Assembly: GCA_964551375.1 (NCBI GenBank)
Contig: CAZKBG010000001.1
Coordinates: forward strand, 600,001 to 632,000
DNA from: an uncultured archaeon
Lineage (GTDB): Archaea; Iainarchaeota; Iainarchaeia; Iainarchaeales; JAAZKV01
Reading direction: 5' to 3'
Length of the DNA stretch: 32,000 nt
Position numbers and translations under genes: made by a program. Shown here piece after piece: positions 24,841 through 32,000 of this stretch (position 1 is the first letter of the stretch; each line of letters begins with the position of its first letter). The notes under the pieces were generated by a model. That model saw nothing but the letters and a program-made list of their open reading frames with translations. It was not told where the DNA came from and searched no databases.

Positions 24841-26112
24841 TTAATCAGCCAAAATACGAATAACTTTGCCAATTAAGTAATGCGTCCTAACTTCCTCAAT
24901 CCTTGCAACAACAAACTTTCCAAAACCCTCTCTTACAAACACAGTATTGTACTCATCAGTCCGCGCATTAAACCCGTTTTTTGCCTTCTCTGAGACAAGA
25001 CAACGCACTTCTTTTCCAACAAGATGCTTGTTTTTATCAGAAAATAAGTCATTACAGAACTTTGTAAGAAGCCTGCTTCTGTCTTTCTTCTCCCCTTCAG
25101 TAAGCTGCCCACCCATCTTTTCAGCAGGAGTTCCTTTTCTTTTCCCAAATCTTGAAATATTCACGATATCAGGCTTAACTTTCTTTAAAACTTCAAGAGT
25201 TTTCTCAAAATCCGAATCTGTTTCTCCCGGAAACCCCACAATAATATCAGTTGCAATTGTAATGCTTGGAATTACTTTCCTTGCATAACTTACACATTTT
25301 AAAAAATCATTCACAGAGTACCCGCGGTTCATTGATTTAAGTATTTTATTCGAACCTGATTGAAGAGGAAGGTGCAAAAACTTGTATACTCTTTCATCTC
25401 TCATTAAAGGAAGAAGATTTGACTTGATTTTTTCAAAATGATTCGGATTCATCATCCCAAGACGTATCCTATAATTTCCTTTATTTTGCAAAAGTACTCC
25501 CAGCAATTTAGGAAGAGAAGAGTTAATATCAAAACCATAACATCCAAGGTCCTGAGAAGTAAGCCAGAATTCTTTTGAAGCGTGAGAGGATTTACTTTTC
25601 TTTAATGCATTTACAAAAGCAACATTAATACTTTTTGGAGAGTAGGAGTAAAGCTGTTTTCTCGCAATTCTTGCAGAACAATAAGAGCACGCACCAAGAC
25701 AGCCTGTGGAAGCAGGAATTATTGAAATAAATTCCCTGCCTTTAATCGGATTAATTTTGGGAGAGAAATTTTGTTCTTTAATTCCAAGAGCTCGGCACAA
25801 TGACGCAAGTGAATTATCAAGCACAATAATTTCTTTACTCAATTTTGCGACTGATTCATGCTGCGCGCCCGCAAGGCACCCTGTCACAAAAAGCTTTGCA
25901 GAAGACTTTTTGTTTTCAAAAAGAAACTTAATTCGCGAAATCATCCGCTGTTCAGTCGTCTGCTTCACGGAACAAGTATTTATTATTACAAAATCTGCTT
26001 TTTTGAAATCATCAACCTTAGAAAAGCCGTTTTCAAACAAAAACCCCGCCGCAGACTCAGTTTCAGCAATATTAAGCGAGCAACCATACCCTTCTATAAA
26101 AAAACTTTTCAT
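24841..26112 (-). CDS. Archaeal-type MiaB-like radical SAM methylthiotransferase (MtaB/CDKAL1 type, tRNA ms2t6A)
   Basis: 423-aa ORF. UPF0004 N-domain: GYGCSLNIAETE...NTCSV. Radical SAM cluster motif: CLGACSYCSARIARK (CxxxCxxC). It has a C-terminal TRAM-like end, and its length is typical of the archaeal/eukaryal subgroup. Confidence 0.85.
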   Translation of the reverse strand: MKSFFIEGYGCSLNIAETESAAGFLFENGFSKVDDFKKADFVIINTCSVKQTTEQRMISRIKFLFENKKSSAKLFVTGCLAGAQHESVAKLSKEIIVLDNSLASLCRALGIKEQNFSPKINPIKGREFISIIPASTGCLGACSYCSARIARKQLYSYSPKSINVAFVNALKKSKSSHASKEFWLTSQDLGCYGFDINSSLPKLLGVLLQNKGNYRIRLGMMNPNHFEKIKSNLLPLMRDERVYKFLHLPLQSGSNKILKSMNRGYSVNDFLKCVSYARKVIPSITIATDIIVGFPGETDSDFEKTLEVLKKVKPDIVNISRFGKRKGTPAEKMGGQLTEGEKKDRSRLLTKFCNDLFSDKNKHLVGKEVRCLVSEKAKNGFNARTDEYNTVFVREGFGKFVVARIEEVRTHYLIGKVIRILAD

Positions 26113-26220
26113 TTAAAACCAACTTCAAACAGGCTTTCTTAAAATGAATGACAAAAACTGCTAATAAAAGCTATTTAAAAAAAACAAAAACTTAAAATGC
26201 AATTAAAAAATCAAAAAACC

Positions 26221-26886
26221 TTAGTCCGCTTCATTTGCATACTTTTTATAAAGACCGTAAACAAAAAACGGAAGCCAAGCAGCAATTACGCCAAGCATAA
26301 ACGACAAAAACATGCTTTTTCTAAGTTCAGGCCAGAAGGCAACAGGAATATACTGCGAAACAGTCTGCGCTCCGCTGTTCTGCGCCTGAGCCAAAAGCTC
26401 CTGATTTACTTTCTGAACAGTTGTGTAACAATCATTCACTGAATTCTCTGAAAAGCAAAATGAAACTGTGTACTTAACCCCGCCTCTTGAATTCAAATTT
26501 GCTGATTCGCCTGTGTAAAAGCTCAAGTTGATGTAATAACCAAGAACAAGAACAAGAATTGCGATTACTAAAAACCAAATTGAGTACGCTTCTTTTGAAT
26601 CAAAATAATCATTCCACCACTTCATCGCAAAATATGCCAAAATAAATCCCGCAATCGGAGCAAAGAAATACATTAATGAATTCCATGCGTCAAAAGGGAA
26701 AAATAAACCAACAATCGGAACTCCGCTAAGCCCGCTTAAAGCGCCGCTCGCCATGCATCCAGAACCATTGACAGGATTAGTGCATGCTCCGCCAATAACC
26801 CACAAAATCAAATAAGAAACCACAAACCATGCTACAATAATCAGAATAAAATTCTTATTTTCCCACAGTTCAGCCAAGTTAAGCAC
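26221..26886 (-). CDS. Hypothetical membrane protein
   Basis: 221-aa ORF with 4-5 hydrophobic segments, a Gly/Cys-containing loop (GGACTNPVNGSGCMASGALSGLSG) and a soluble loop with paired Cys (SFCFSENSVNDCY). No family recognised. Confidence 0.5.
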   Translation of the reverse strand: MLNLAELWENKNFILIIVAWFVVSYLILWVIGGACTNPVNGSGCMASGALSGLSGVPIVGLFFPFDAWNSLMYFFAPIAGFILAYFAMKWWNDYFDSKEAYSIWFLVIAILVLVLGYYINLSFYTGESANLNSRGGVKYTVSFCFSENSVNDCYTTVQKVNQELLAQAQNSGAQTVSQYIPVAFWPELRKSMFLSFMLGVIAAWLPFFVYGLYKKYANEAD

Positions 26887-26960
26887 CTTTACAATACAAC
26901 GAATAAGTCAATGATGAGTTTTTAACTATTACCATGCGTTCATATTTAGAAACTGTTTAG

Positions 26961-27935
26961 ATGATTATTATGACTCAAATGGAACTCCCATGGGTGGAAA
27001 AGTACAGGCCTGCTACGCTAAAAGATGTTATCGGGCATGAAGAAATAACATCAAGACTGCAGAGCTATGTTGACAAAAGAAATCTTCCAAACATGCTATT
27101 TAGCGGACCCGCAGGGACAGGAAAAACAAGCTCAAGCATTGCGCTTGCAAAAGAATTATTCGGCGCAAACTTTGAACAAAACTTTTTGGAACTGAACGCA
27201 TCTGACGACAGAGGAATTGATGTAGTAAGAAACACCATCAAAGATTTTGCCAGAACTCTTGCATTTGACTCGGGATTTAAAATAATTTTCCTTGATGAGT
27301 GCGACGCTCTGACTCCTGATGCGCAGCAGGCACTGCGAAGAACTATGGAAAAATACACAAAAACCTGCAGATTTATTCTTTCATGCAATTACTCAAGCAA
27401 AATACTCGAACCCATCCAGAGCAGATGCGTAATTTACCGATTTAAGCCTCTGAGCGCAAAAGACGTTGAAAAACAAGTGACCGTAATAGCCGAAAAAGAA
27501 AAAATTCACATTGATGAAAAGGCAATCAAAGCAATTAATTATGTAAGCCAGGGCGATTTGAGAAAAACAATTAATATTTTGCAAGCTGCTGCGACAATTG
27601 AGAAAAAAATAACTGAAGACGGGATATACAGCGTTTCAAGCAAAGCAAGACCTGAACAGGTTCAGGAAATGATACTACTCGCGCTAAAAGGAAAATTCCT
27701 TGAAGCAAGAAAAAAACTTGAAGAATTAATGTATGAACAGGGAATGAGCGGGGAAGATGTGATAATGCAGCTTTATAGAGAAACAATGGCGCTAAGCGAA
27801 GAAGAGCTCCCTGACAAAATCAAAATCGAGCTTGTTGATACAATCGGAGAATATGATTTTAGAATAGTTGAAGGCGCAAATGAAAGAATACAACTCGAAG
27901 CGCTTCTTGCGCAGTTCATGAAATACAAAAAATAA
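26961..27935 (+). CDS. rfcS: Replication factor C small subunit
   Basis: 324-aa ORF. PWVEKYRPATLKDVIGHEE, Walker A GPAGTGKTSS, Walker B FLDECDAL, and the SRC motif (QSRCVIYRF). The start is ambiguous between the ATGs at 26961, 26970 and 26979. Confidence 0.9.
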   Translation: MIIMTQMELPWVEKYRPATLKDVIGHEEITSRLQSYVDKRNLPNMLFSGPAGTGKTSSSIALAKELFGANFEQNFLELNASDDRGIDVVRNTIKDFARTLAFDSGFKIIFLDECDALTPDAQQALRRTMEKYTKTCRFILSCNYSSKILEPIQSRCVIYRFKPLSAKDVEKQVTVIAEKEKIHIDEKAIKAINYVSQGDLRKTINILQAAATIEKKITEDGIYSVSSKARPEQVQEMILLALKGKFLEARKKLEELMYEQGMSGEDVIMQLYRETMALSEEELPDKIKIELVDTIGEYDFRIVEGANERIQLEALLAQFMKYKK

Positions 27936-27964
27936 ATTTATTTTCTTAATTTTCTAAAATAAAA
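27936..27964. terminator. Bidirectional T-tract terminator spacer (convergent rfcS and the 27965..28558 gene)
   Basis: Plus strand has ATTTATTTTCTTAATTTTC. Minus strand has TAGTTTTATTTTAG. Confidence 0.3.
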
Positions 27965-28558
27965 CTATTTTTTATTTTTTCTCCTTAGGACAAGATTTTT
28001 TCTCATCCTTCTTTTAGCAGCTCTTTCTTTTACAATCCACAAATAATTTGCTCTTTCTGATTTGTAATGCGCAAGCATCTCAGCGCGCGTAGCCAGAACA
28101 AATTGGGGCTTAACTTTTAACATCCTGCCAAGCAGAAGCGCATGAATTCCGCCCACGAGAACAACTTCAGGCTTGATTCTCTTAATTGATTTAGCCATTA
28201 CTTTTGTTCTTACATGGTCAATTACATAATTTCCCTTTTGAGTATGTCTTGGGTCGACAAAAAAAGCGTTTTTCACTGTTTTCATCGCAACTCTATCGCC
28301 TTTTGAAGTATCAAGCCCGACTAATTGGATTTTCTTCTCTCCAAAAATATTTCTTCTTTCATAAAGAGCATGTTTTAGCGATACCACAAAAGGCAAATGC
28401 TCTCCGTCAAAAGGAACTCGATTAATCCACTTCTTATTCGGCTCAAGAGCAACAACAACATTATCAGATTTTGAAGCCGCAACTTCTTTTGCAATCAAAT
28501 CAGCAACTGCATTAATTTCTTCGCTTGTTCCATTATGCCATGTTCCAAAAAGCTTCAT
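27965..28558 (-). CDS. Hypothetical protein downstream of nreA; weak TraB/GumN/Tiki-like motif pattern
   Basis: The ORF is open to 28603, but the ATG at 28558 (MKLFGTWH...) follows a GTGAT SD-like motif and avoids overlap with nreA. KLFGTWHNG...VVVALE near the N-terminus and VVLVGGIHALLLGRML near the C-terminus resemble the GTxH...E...GxxH pattern of the TraB/GumN/Tiki superfamily. This is a from-memory comparison, so confidence is low. The tail is basic (AAKRRMRKNLVLRRKNKK). Confidence 0.4.
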   Translation of the reverse strand: MKLFGTWHNGTSEEINAVADLIAKEVAASKSDNVVVALEPNKKWINRVPFDGEHLPFVVSLKHALYERRNIFGEKKIQLVGLDTSKGDRVAMKTVKNAFFVDPRHTQKGNYVIDHVRTKVMAKSIKRIKPEVVLVGGIHALLLGRMLKVKPQFVLATRAEMLAHYKSERANYLWIVKERAAKRRMRKNLVLRRKNKK

Positions 28559-28593
28559 ACAATCACTAATAAATGATTCATACTTAATAAAAA

Positions 28594-29841
28594 TCAAAAC
28601 CACTGGCTTAATCTTGTCTGGGATTTAAAATGTTCGATTAACGCTGATTTGTTTTTATACTGCTCAATTGGGACAGTTAGTTTTTTTGAAAGAAACTCAA
28701 GCGCCAAATCAAAATTTGTAAACTCAAGAGGCTTCTCTTTTAACGCAGCTCTTACGTTTTCCCTAATCTGCCAAACGCCAAGCGGAACAGCATAATCTTT
28801 TCCAATTTCCCTAAAAACAATTGCCGCGGAATTTAATTTATTCTGCATCAAATACTCCGCAACCGCAAGACGCGAAGCAAAATAAGCTCCTTCAGTTTCA
28901 TCAGGATAACCTTTAAGCCCCGTGTTAAGCTCATGATCGGCTAAAACATTATAAGTAGTCGCCCCTTGAGTCCAAATTCCTCCAGGAAGCCAGCACTCAA
29001 TCTGCTCAAAACTCCAAGGATAAGGAAGCAACAGCACCCAAAAATCATTATCCAAATACTTTGAGTGAAATAATCTAAAAGTATCAAGAACTGTGTGCTG
29101 AGAAATCTTTTCCTCAATAAAATATTTTGAAATATTTGAATCAACCGCAGTAATGCTCCACCTTGTAGGAACAAGCTTTCTATTCTTTTTCACTCCAAGC
29201 GCCCCGCTTGAAAGAACTTTTGCAAGAGTTGAAACCGCAAAACCTTTATTGAACAAATCAATCAGCGCAGTGTTTGATTTTGCATCAGTATCAGAGGTAT
29301 AATAATCAAGCTCTTTAGGAATTTTCGGATTCTCAAGAAGGCTTACTTTGTCAAGCTTTGCGCTCGGACCAAGAGGGGCTGTAAAAGAATCAAATGAAAC
29401 ATCATTTTTCGGCTTCTCGGCAAGATTCACTTCAAGCTCAAATAAATTTGAGGACATTGCAATTTCCTGAAAATCCAAAAGCTCATAACTTGGATCGCTT
29501 GCAAGCGACACGGGCATCGTCTTATACGAGCGGAGAAGAGACTCTCTAAAAGAAATTATTTTCTCCTGCGGCAAGCCGTACCACTTTTCAGGCAAATCAC
29601 TCACTTCACTTACTTCATTAGGAAGCGCTGATAATGGAGCTACTGCGACTTTTGGATAATTCTGCCATGAAACAAAAAACCCAGGAGGGGAGGCGCCTAC
29701 AAAATTAGTTCCATGCATTGAAGAAATTATTTTTGTATGAGAAGCATTCTTCTCAAGAATCGGGCACTTAGAAAGCCCGCACAATAATTTTCCCTTGCAC
29801 TTAATGCATAATTCAGGCGAAATCACAAAACCACAAACCAT
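28594..29841 (-). CDS. nreA: NreA-type (Nre family, COG1602-like) archaeal DNA repair protein with a C-terminal PCNA-interacting PIP box
   Basis: N-terminal Cys cluster CIKCKGKLLCGLSKCP, conserved VPTRWSITAVD, and the extreme C-terminus QTRLSQWF, a canonical Qxx[LIM]xx[FWY][FWY] PIP box (nt 28597-28620). The ORF is open to 29928, but the 29-aa extension is not Nre-like, so I chose the ATG at 29841. Confidence 0.7.
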   Translation of the reverse strand: MVCGFVISPELCIKCKGKLLCGLSKCPILEKNASHTKIISSMHGTNFVGASPPGFFVSWQNYPKVAVAPLSALPNEVSEVSDLPEKWYGLPQEKIISFRESLLRSYKTMPVSLASDPSYELLDFQEIAMSSNLFELEVNLAEKPKNDVSFDSFTAPLGPSAKLDKVSLLENPKIPKELDYYTSDTDAKSNTALIDLFNKGFAVSTLAKVLSSGALGVKKNRKLVPTRWSITAVDSNISKYFIEEKISQHTVLDTFRLFHSKYLDNDFWVLLLPYPWSFEQIECWLPGGIWTQGATTYNVLADHELNTGLKGYPDETEGAYFASRLAVAEYLMQNKLNSAAIVFREIGKDYAVPLGVWQIRENVRAALKEKPLEFTNFDLALEFLSKKLTVPIEQYKNKSALIEHFKSQTRLSQWF

Positions 29842-29940
29842 TTTTTTTAAATAACTGCCTAAGTATAGGGGACTTGCAAGAATAAAACATTTTGCATAAC
29901 CCCTATCAAAAGTTATTATTTTTCCCACGCAATAAATAGA

Positions 29941-29951
29941 TTTTTATTATA
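29941..29951 (+). promoter_or_regulatory. TATA-like box upstream of the 29972 ORF
   Basis: tttttattata is centred about 26 nt upstream of the ATG at 29972, which is classic leaderless spacing and supports expression of this ORF. Confidence 0.4.
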
Positions 29952-29971
29952 GTGTGCTACTCAATTGTTGC

Positions 29972-30397
29972 ATGGCATTTAGAGACATAGTAACAGCTGC
30001 AAAAAAACCGGCAGTATACAGGGCGCCTCCAACACCTTTGCCAAGCAATACTGCAAATATTATTGACGCTGAAGCGCAAGTAGAAGCACTGCAGGAAAAA
30101 GCACACGACGGCGAAACAGTAGTTCCACACGTTGAAAAAAAGGACATTTCTTACAAAGACTCTGAAATCACAGGATTTGTTCCAAAACCAAGAACTGCCT
30201 CGAGAAACGCGCAGGTAAGCTCGGCTCACGGAAGCATTATTAGAAACATTGCCGCAGAATCTGACAGATCTTCCCAGTTAGGCGCAACTACAAGCTGGCA
30301 GGAATGCACGCACAGAAAAGAAGGTTTTGGAAGAGATTACTGCAAAGAGTACCATTCAATTTGCTACAAGGAAAAATGCAGCAGAGCAAGAAAGTAA
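29972..30397 (+). CDS. Hypothetical small protein, mostly low-complexity or disordered, with a C-terminal Cys/His cluster
   Basis: The ORF track starts at a GTG at 29954; the first ATG at 29972 gives MAFRDIVTAAKK... The C-terminus WQECTHRKEGFGRDYCKEYHSICYKEKC has the spacing C-x11-C-x6-C-x4-C plus 2 His. Minus-strand ORFs are also open here but are Ser/Cys/Ala low-complexity shadows. Confidence 0.45.
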   Translation: MAFRDIVTAAKKPAVYRAPPTPLPSNTANIIDAEAQVEALQEKAHDGETVVPHVEKKDISYKDSEITGFVPKPRTASRNAQVSSAHGSIIRNIAAESDRSSQLGATTSWQECTHRKEGFGRDYCKEYHSICYKEKCSRARK

Positions 30398-30419
30398 GTT
30401 TACACTAATTCAATCCTTT

Positions 30420-30434
30420 GCCGGACTTGCCGGC
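30420..30434 (+). terminator. GC-rich hairpin GCCGG-ACTTG-CCGGC after the 29972..30397 ORF
   Basis: A 5-bp all-GC stem lies 22 nt after the stop codon and stands out in AT-rich sequence. It is followed by CTTTACC, which is only a weak T-run. Confidence 0.3.
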
Positions 30435-30532
30435 CTTTACCAAGAAAAACAATCCATAGTGATAACTGGCTAACTTAAAGAGAGGCGAAGCTAACTTACA
30501 ATCTTTTAAGCTTTTTTGAACAGGATTTAGTT

Positions 30533-32000
30533 ATGTGTAACGAGGAAAACAACTATTATGACAAATTCTGGCACACAGCAGCGCACGTGTTTGCAAATGC
30601 CCTCGTTGAACTTTACCCTAACGCAAAAATCGCAATCGGACCGCCGATTGAGCAGGGATTTCATTATGATTTTGAACTTGAAGAAAATCTTGACGCAAAA
30701 GCTCTTGAAAAAATTGAAGCAAAGATGAAAGAAGTGCTGGCCAGAAAGGAAAAAATGGTCCGAGGAGAAATGACAATAGACGAAGCGCTTGAAACTTTCA
30801 AAAACAATCCTTACAAAGTTGAAATGATAAAAGACCTTGCAGCCGCAGGCGAGACAAAGATTGGAACTTACACAAACGGCAAGTTCATGGACATGTGCAA
30901 AGGACCGCATATTGATTCAATAGAAGAAATCGGAGCAATAAAATTACTAAAAGTGTCAGGCGCGTACTGGAAAGGAAATGACAAAAACAAAATGCTGCAA
31001 AGAGTTTACGGAATTGCATTTAAGACACAAAAAGAACTTGATGAATTCTTGGAAATGAGAAAAAAAGCCGAAGAAAATTCTCATGTTAAACTTGGAAAAG
31101 AACTTGATCTTTATTTACTAAGCGAAGTTGTGGGAAAAGGACTTCCGCTCTTTACTCCACGCGGAGCAATGATGATGCAAGTACTGCAAAGATTCATTGA
31201 AGACGAGGAAACAAAGAGAGGATACTTAAGAACACGAACTCCAGTAATGACAAAGGCGGAGCTTTACAAAATTTCAGGACACTACACGCACTTCAAAGAA
31301 AATATGTTCCAATTAGACATTGAAGGAAACGAATATTTCCTAAGGCCAATGACATGCCCCCACCAATACATGGTGTACAAAGCAAAACAATACAGCTACA
31401 GAGACATGCCAGTAAGACTTGGCGAAGTAGCGCAGTTATTTAGAAAAGAGCAGAGCGGCGAACTTCACGGAATAGTAAGAGTATGGCAGTTCACATTAAA
31501 CGATGCTCACTTAATATGCCGAGACGACCAGTTGGAAGCAGAAATAAACTCCACAATTGATTTAGTCCAGTACTGCATGAAGAAACTCGGCATCAAAGAC
31601 TACTGGTACAGATTCAGCAAATGGGACCCTAAAAACAAAGAAAAATATATTGACAACCCGGCAATGTGGGAAAAATCACAAGCAATACTAAAAACAGTTC
31701 TTGATAAATCAAAAATGAAATATGTCGAAGCTGATAACGAAGCCGCATTCTACGGACCAAAAATTGATATCCAGGCAAAAAATGTTTACGGAAAAGAAGA
31801 CACATTATTCACAGTGCAGGTAGATTACGCTGCGGCAGAGAAATTTGACATGACTTATATCGACAAAGATGGAGCTAAACAGCGCCCAGTAGTAATACAC
31901 AGAGCAGCAGTAGGATGCCTTGAAAGAACCGTGGCATTCATACTTGAACAAACAGGCGGGAACTTGCCGTTCTGGCTTGCTCCTGAACAGATAAGAATAA
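30533..32000 (+). CDS. thrS: Threonyl-tRNA synthetase, bacterial-type editing (SAD) domain plus class II core; no TGS domain; 3' end beyond the window
   Basis: Edge-truncated, so absent from the ORF track. My translation from the ATG at 30533 reads MCNEENNYYDKFWHTAAHVFANALVELYP...CKGPHIDS...LKVSGAYWKG...HVKLGKELDLY...FLRPMTCPHQYMVY...RVWQFTLNDAHLIC...FYGPKIDIQ...PVVIHRAAVGCLER. It shows the HxxxH and CxxxH editing motifs and class II motifs 2 and 3. Confidence 0.9.
   Translation, partial: MCNEENNYYDKFWHTAAHVFANALVELYPNAKIAIGPPIEQGFHYDFELEENLDAKALEKIEAKMKEVLARKEKMVRGEMTIDEALETFKNNPYKVEMIKDLAAAGETKIGTYTNGKFMDMCKGPHIDSIEEIGAIKLLKVSGAYWKGNDKNKMLQRVYGIAFKTQKELDEFLEMRKKAEENSHVKLGKELDLYLLSEVVGKGLPLFTPRGAMMMQVLQRFIEDEETKRGYLRTRTPVMTKAELYKISGHYTHFKENMFQLDIEGNEYFLRPMTCPHQYMVYKAKQYSYRDMPVRLGEVAQLFRKEQSGELHGIVRVWQFTLNDAHLICRDDQLEAEINSTIDLVQYCMKKLGIKDYWYRFSKWDPKNKEKYIDNPAMWEKSQAILKTVLDKSKMKYVEADNEAAFYGPKIDIQAKNVYGKEDTLFTVQVDYAAAEKFDMTYIDKDGAKQRPVVIHRAAVGCLERTVAFILEQTGGNLPFWLAPEQIRI

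Noticed and set aside
24933-26142. Several ORFs (71-136 aa) overlapping the MiaB-like gene on both strands
   Set aside because: The radical SAM gene explains the locus, and the overlapping frames are low-complexity shadows.
26197-26442. 81-aa plus-strand ORF overlapping the 3' part of the 26221..26886 membrane gene
   Set aside because: It is a basic low-complexity shadow frame, and the minus-strand membrane protein is the coherent reading.
29842-29928. 29-aa N-terminal extension of the nreA ORF
   Set aside because: Nre proteins begin close to the CxxCxG...C...CP cluster. The extension overlaps a promoter-like dyad and TATA region. This is uncertain and is noted in a finding.
29947-30229. 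Two minus-strand ORFs (66 and 90 aa) opposite the 29972..30397 ORF
   Set aside because: They have Cys/Ser/Ala/Phe low-complexity sequences and no promoter-like context. The plus-strand frame has a TATA box at leaderless spacing.
1-32000. Looked for CRISPR arrays, transposases or integrases, toxin-antitoxin pairs, restriction or defence genes, rRNA and tRNA genes, inteins and long repeats
   Set aside because: I could recognise none by eye. RFC, Cdc48, TopA and the aaRS genes have normal lengths, so there are no intein-sized insertions. The only repeats seen are the short ones listed as features.

Overview
This is a visibly AT-rich, very gene-dense archaeal chromosomal segment with about 34 protein-coding genes and short spacers. 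I recognise no rRNA, tRNA, CRISPR array, transposase or integrase.

The backbone is information-processing housekeeping:
- RFC large subunit (5' part, cut by the left edge) and RFC small subunit
- Orc1/Cdc6
- PheRS beta and alpha, and ThrRS (cut by the right edge)
- Cdc48/VCP
- type IA topoisomerase
- an NreA-type repair protein with a C-terminal PIP box
- an archaeal MiaB-like methylthiotransferase
- a YchF/Obg-type GTPase
- a DedA protein, an M50 protease, a SAM methyltransferase and two Lrp/AsnC-type regulators

The archaeal assignment is well supported by this gene set and by class III signal peptides. A reduced, DPANN-like lineage is only an inference, drawn from compact genes and many orphan membrane proteins. 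Many genes have a TATA-like A/T box about 25-30 nt upstream of the ATG, which suggests leaderless or short-leader transcripts. Several genes need GTG or TTG starts.

I found no self-contained defence or mobile system. The best novelty candidates are:
1. A tandem paralog pair next to orc1/cdc6. One member is a lysine-rich protein with two HMG-box/YABBY-like 'SxYNxFI...W' repeats.
2. A six-gene cluster of type IV pilin-like (class III signal peptide) proteins with no assembly machinery nearby.
3. A C-terminal-half-only NFACT (Rqc2/NEMF-like) gene directly upstream of cdc48.
4. An NrdD-like ATP-cone protein that seems to lack the radical cysteine and the glycyl-radical domain.
5. The longest non-coding spacer (18274-18560), which carries a 16-nt inverted repeat and TTGGAAA...GGGG elements.

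All functional calls come from reading motifs by eye. No database search was run.
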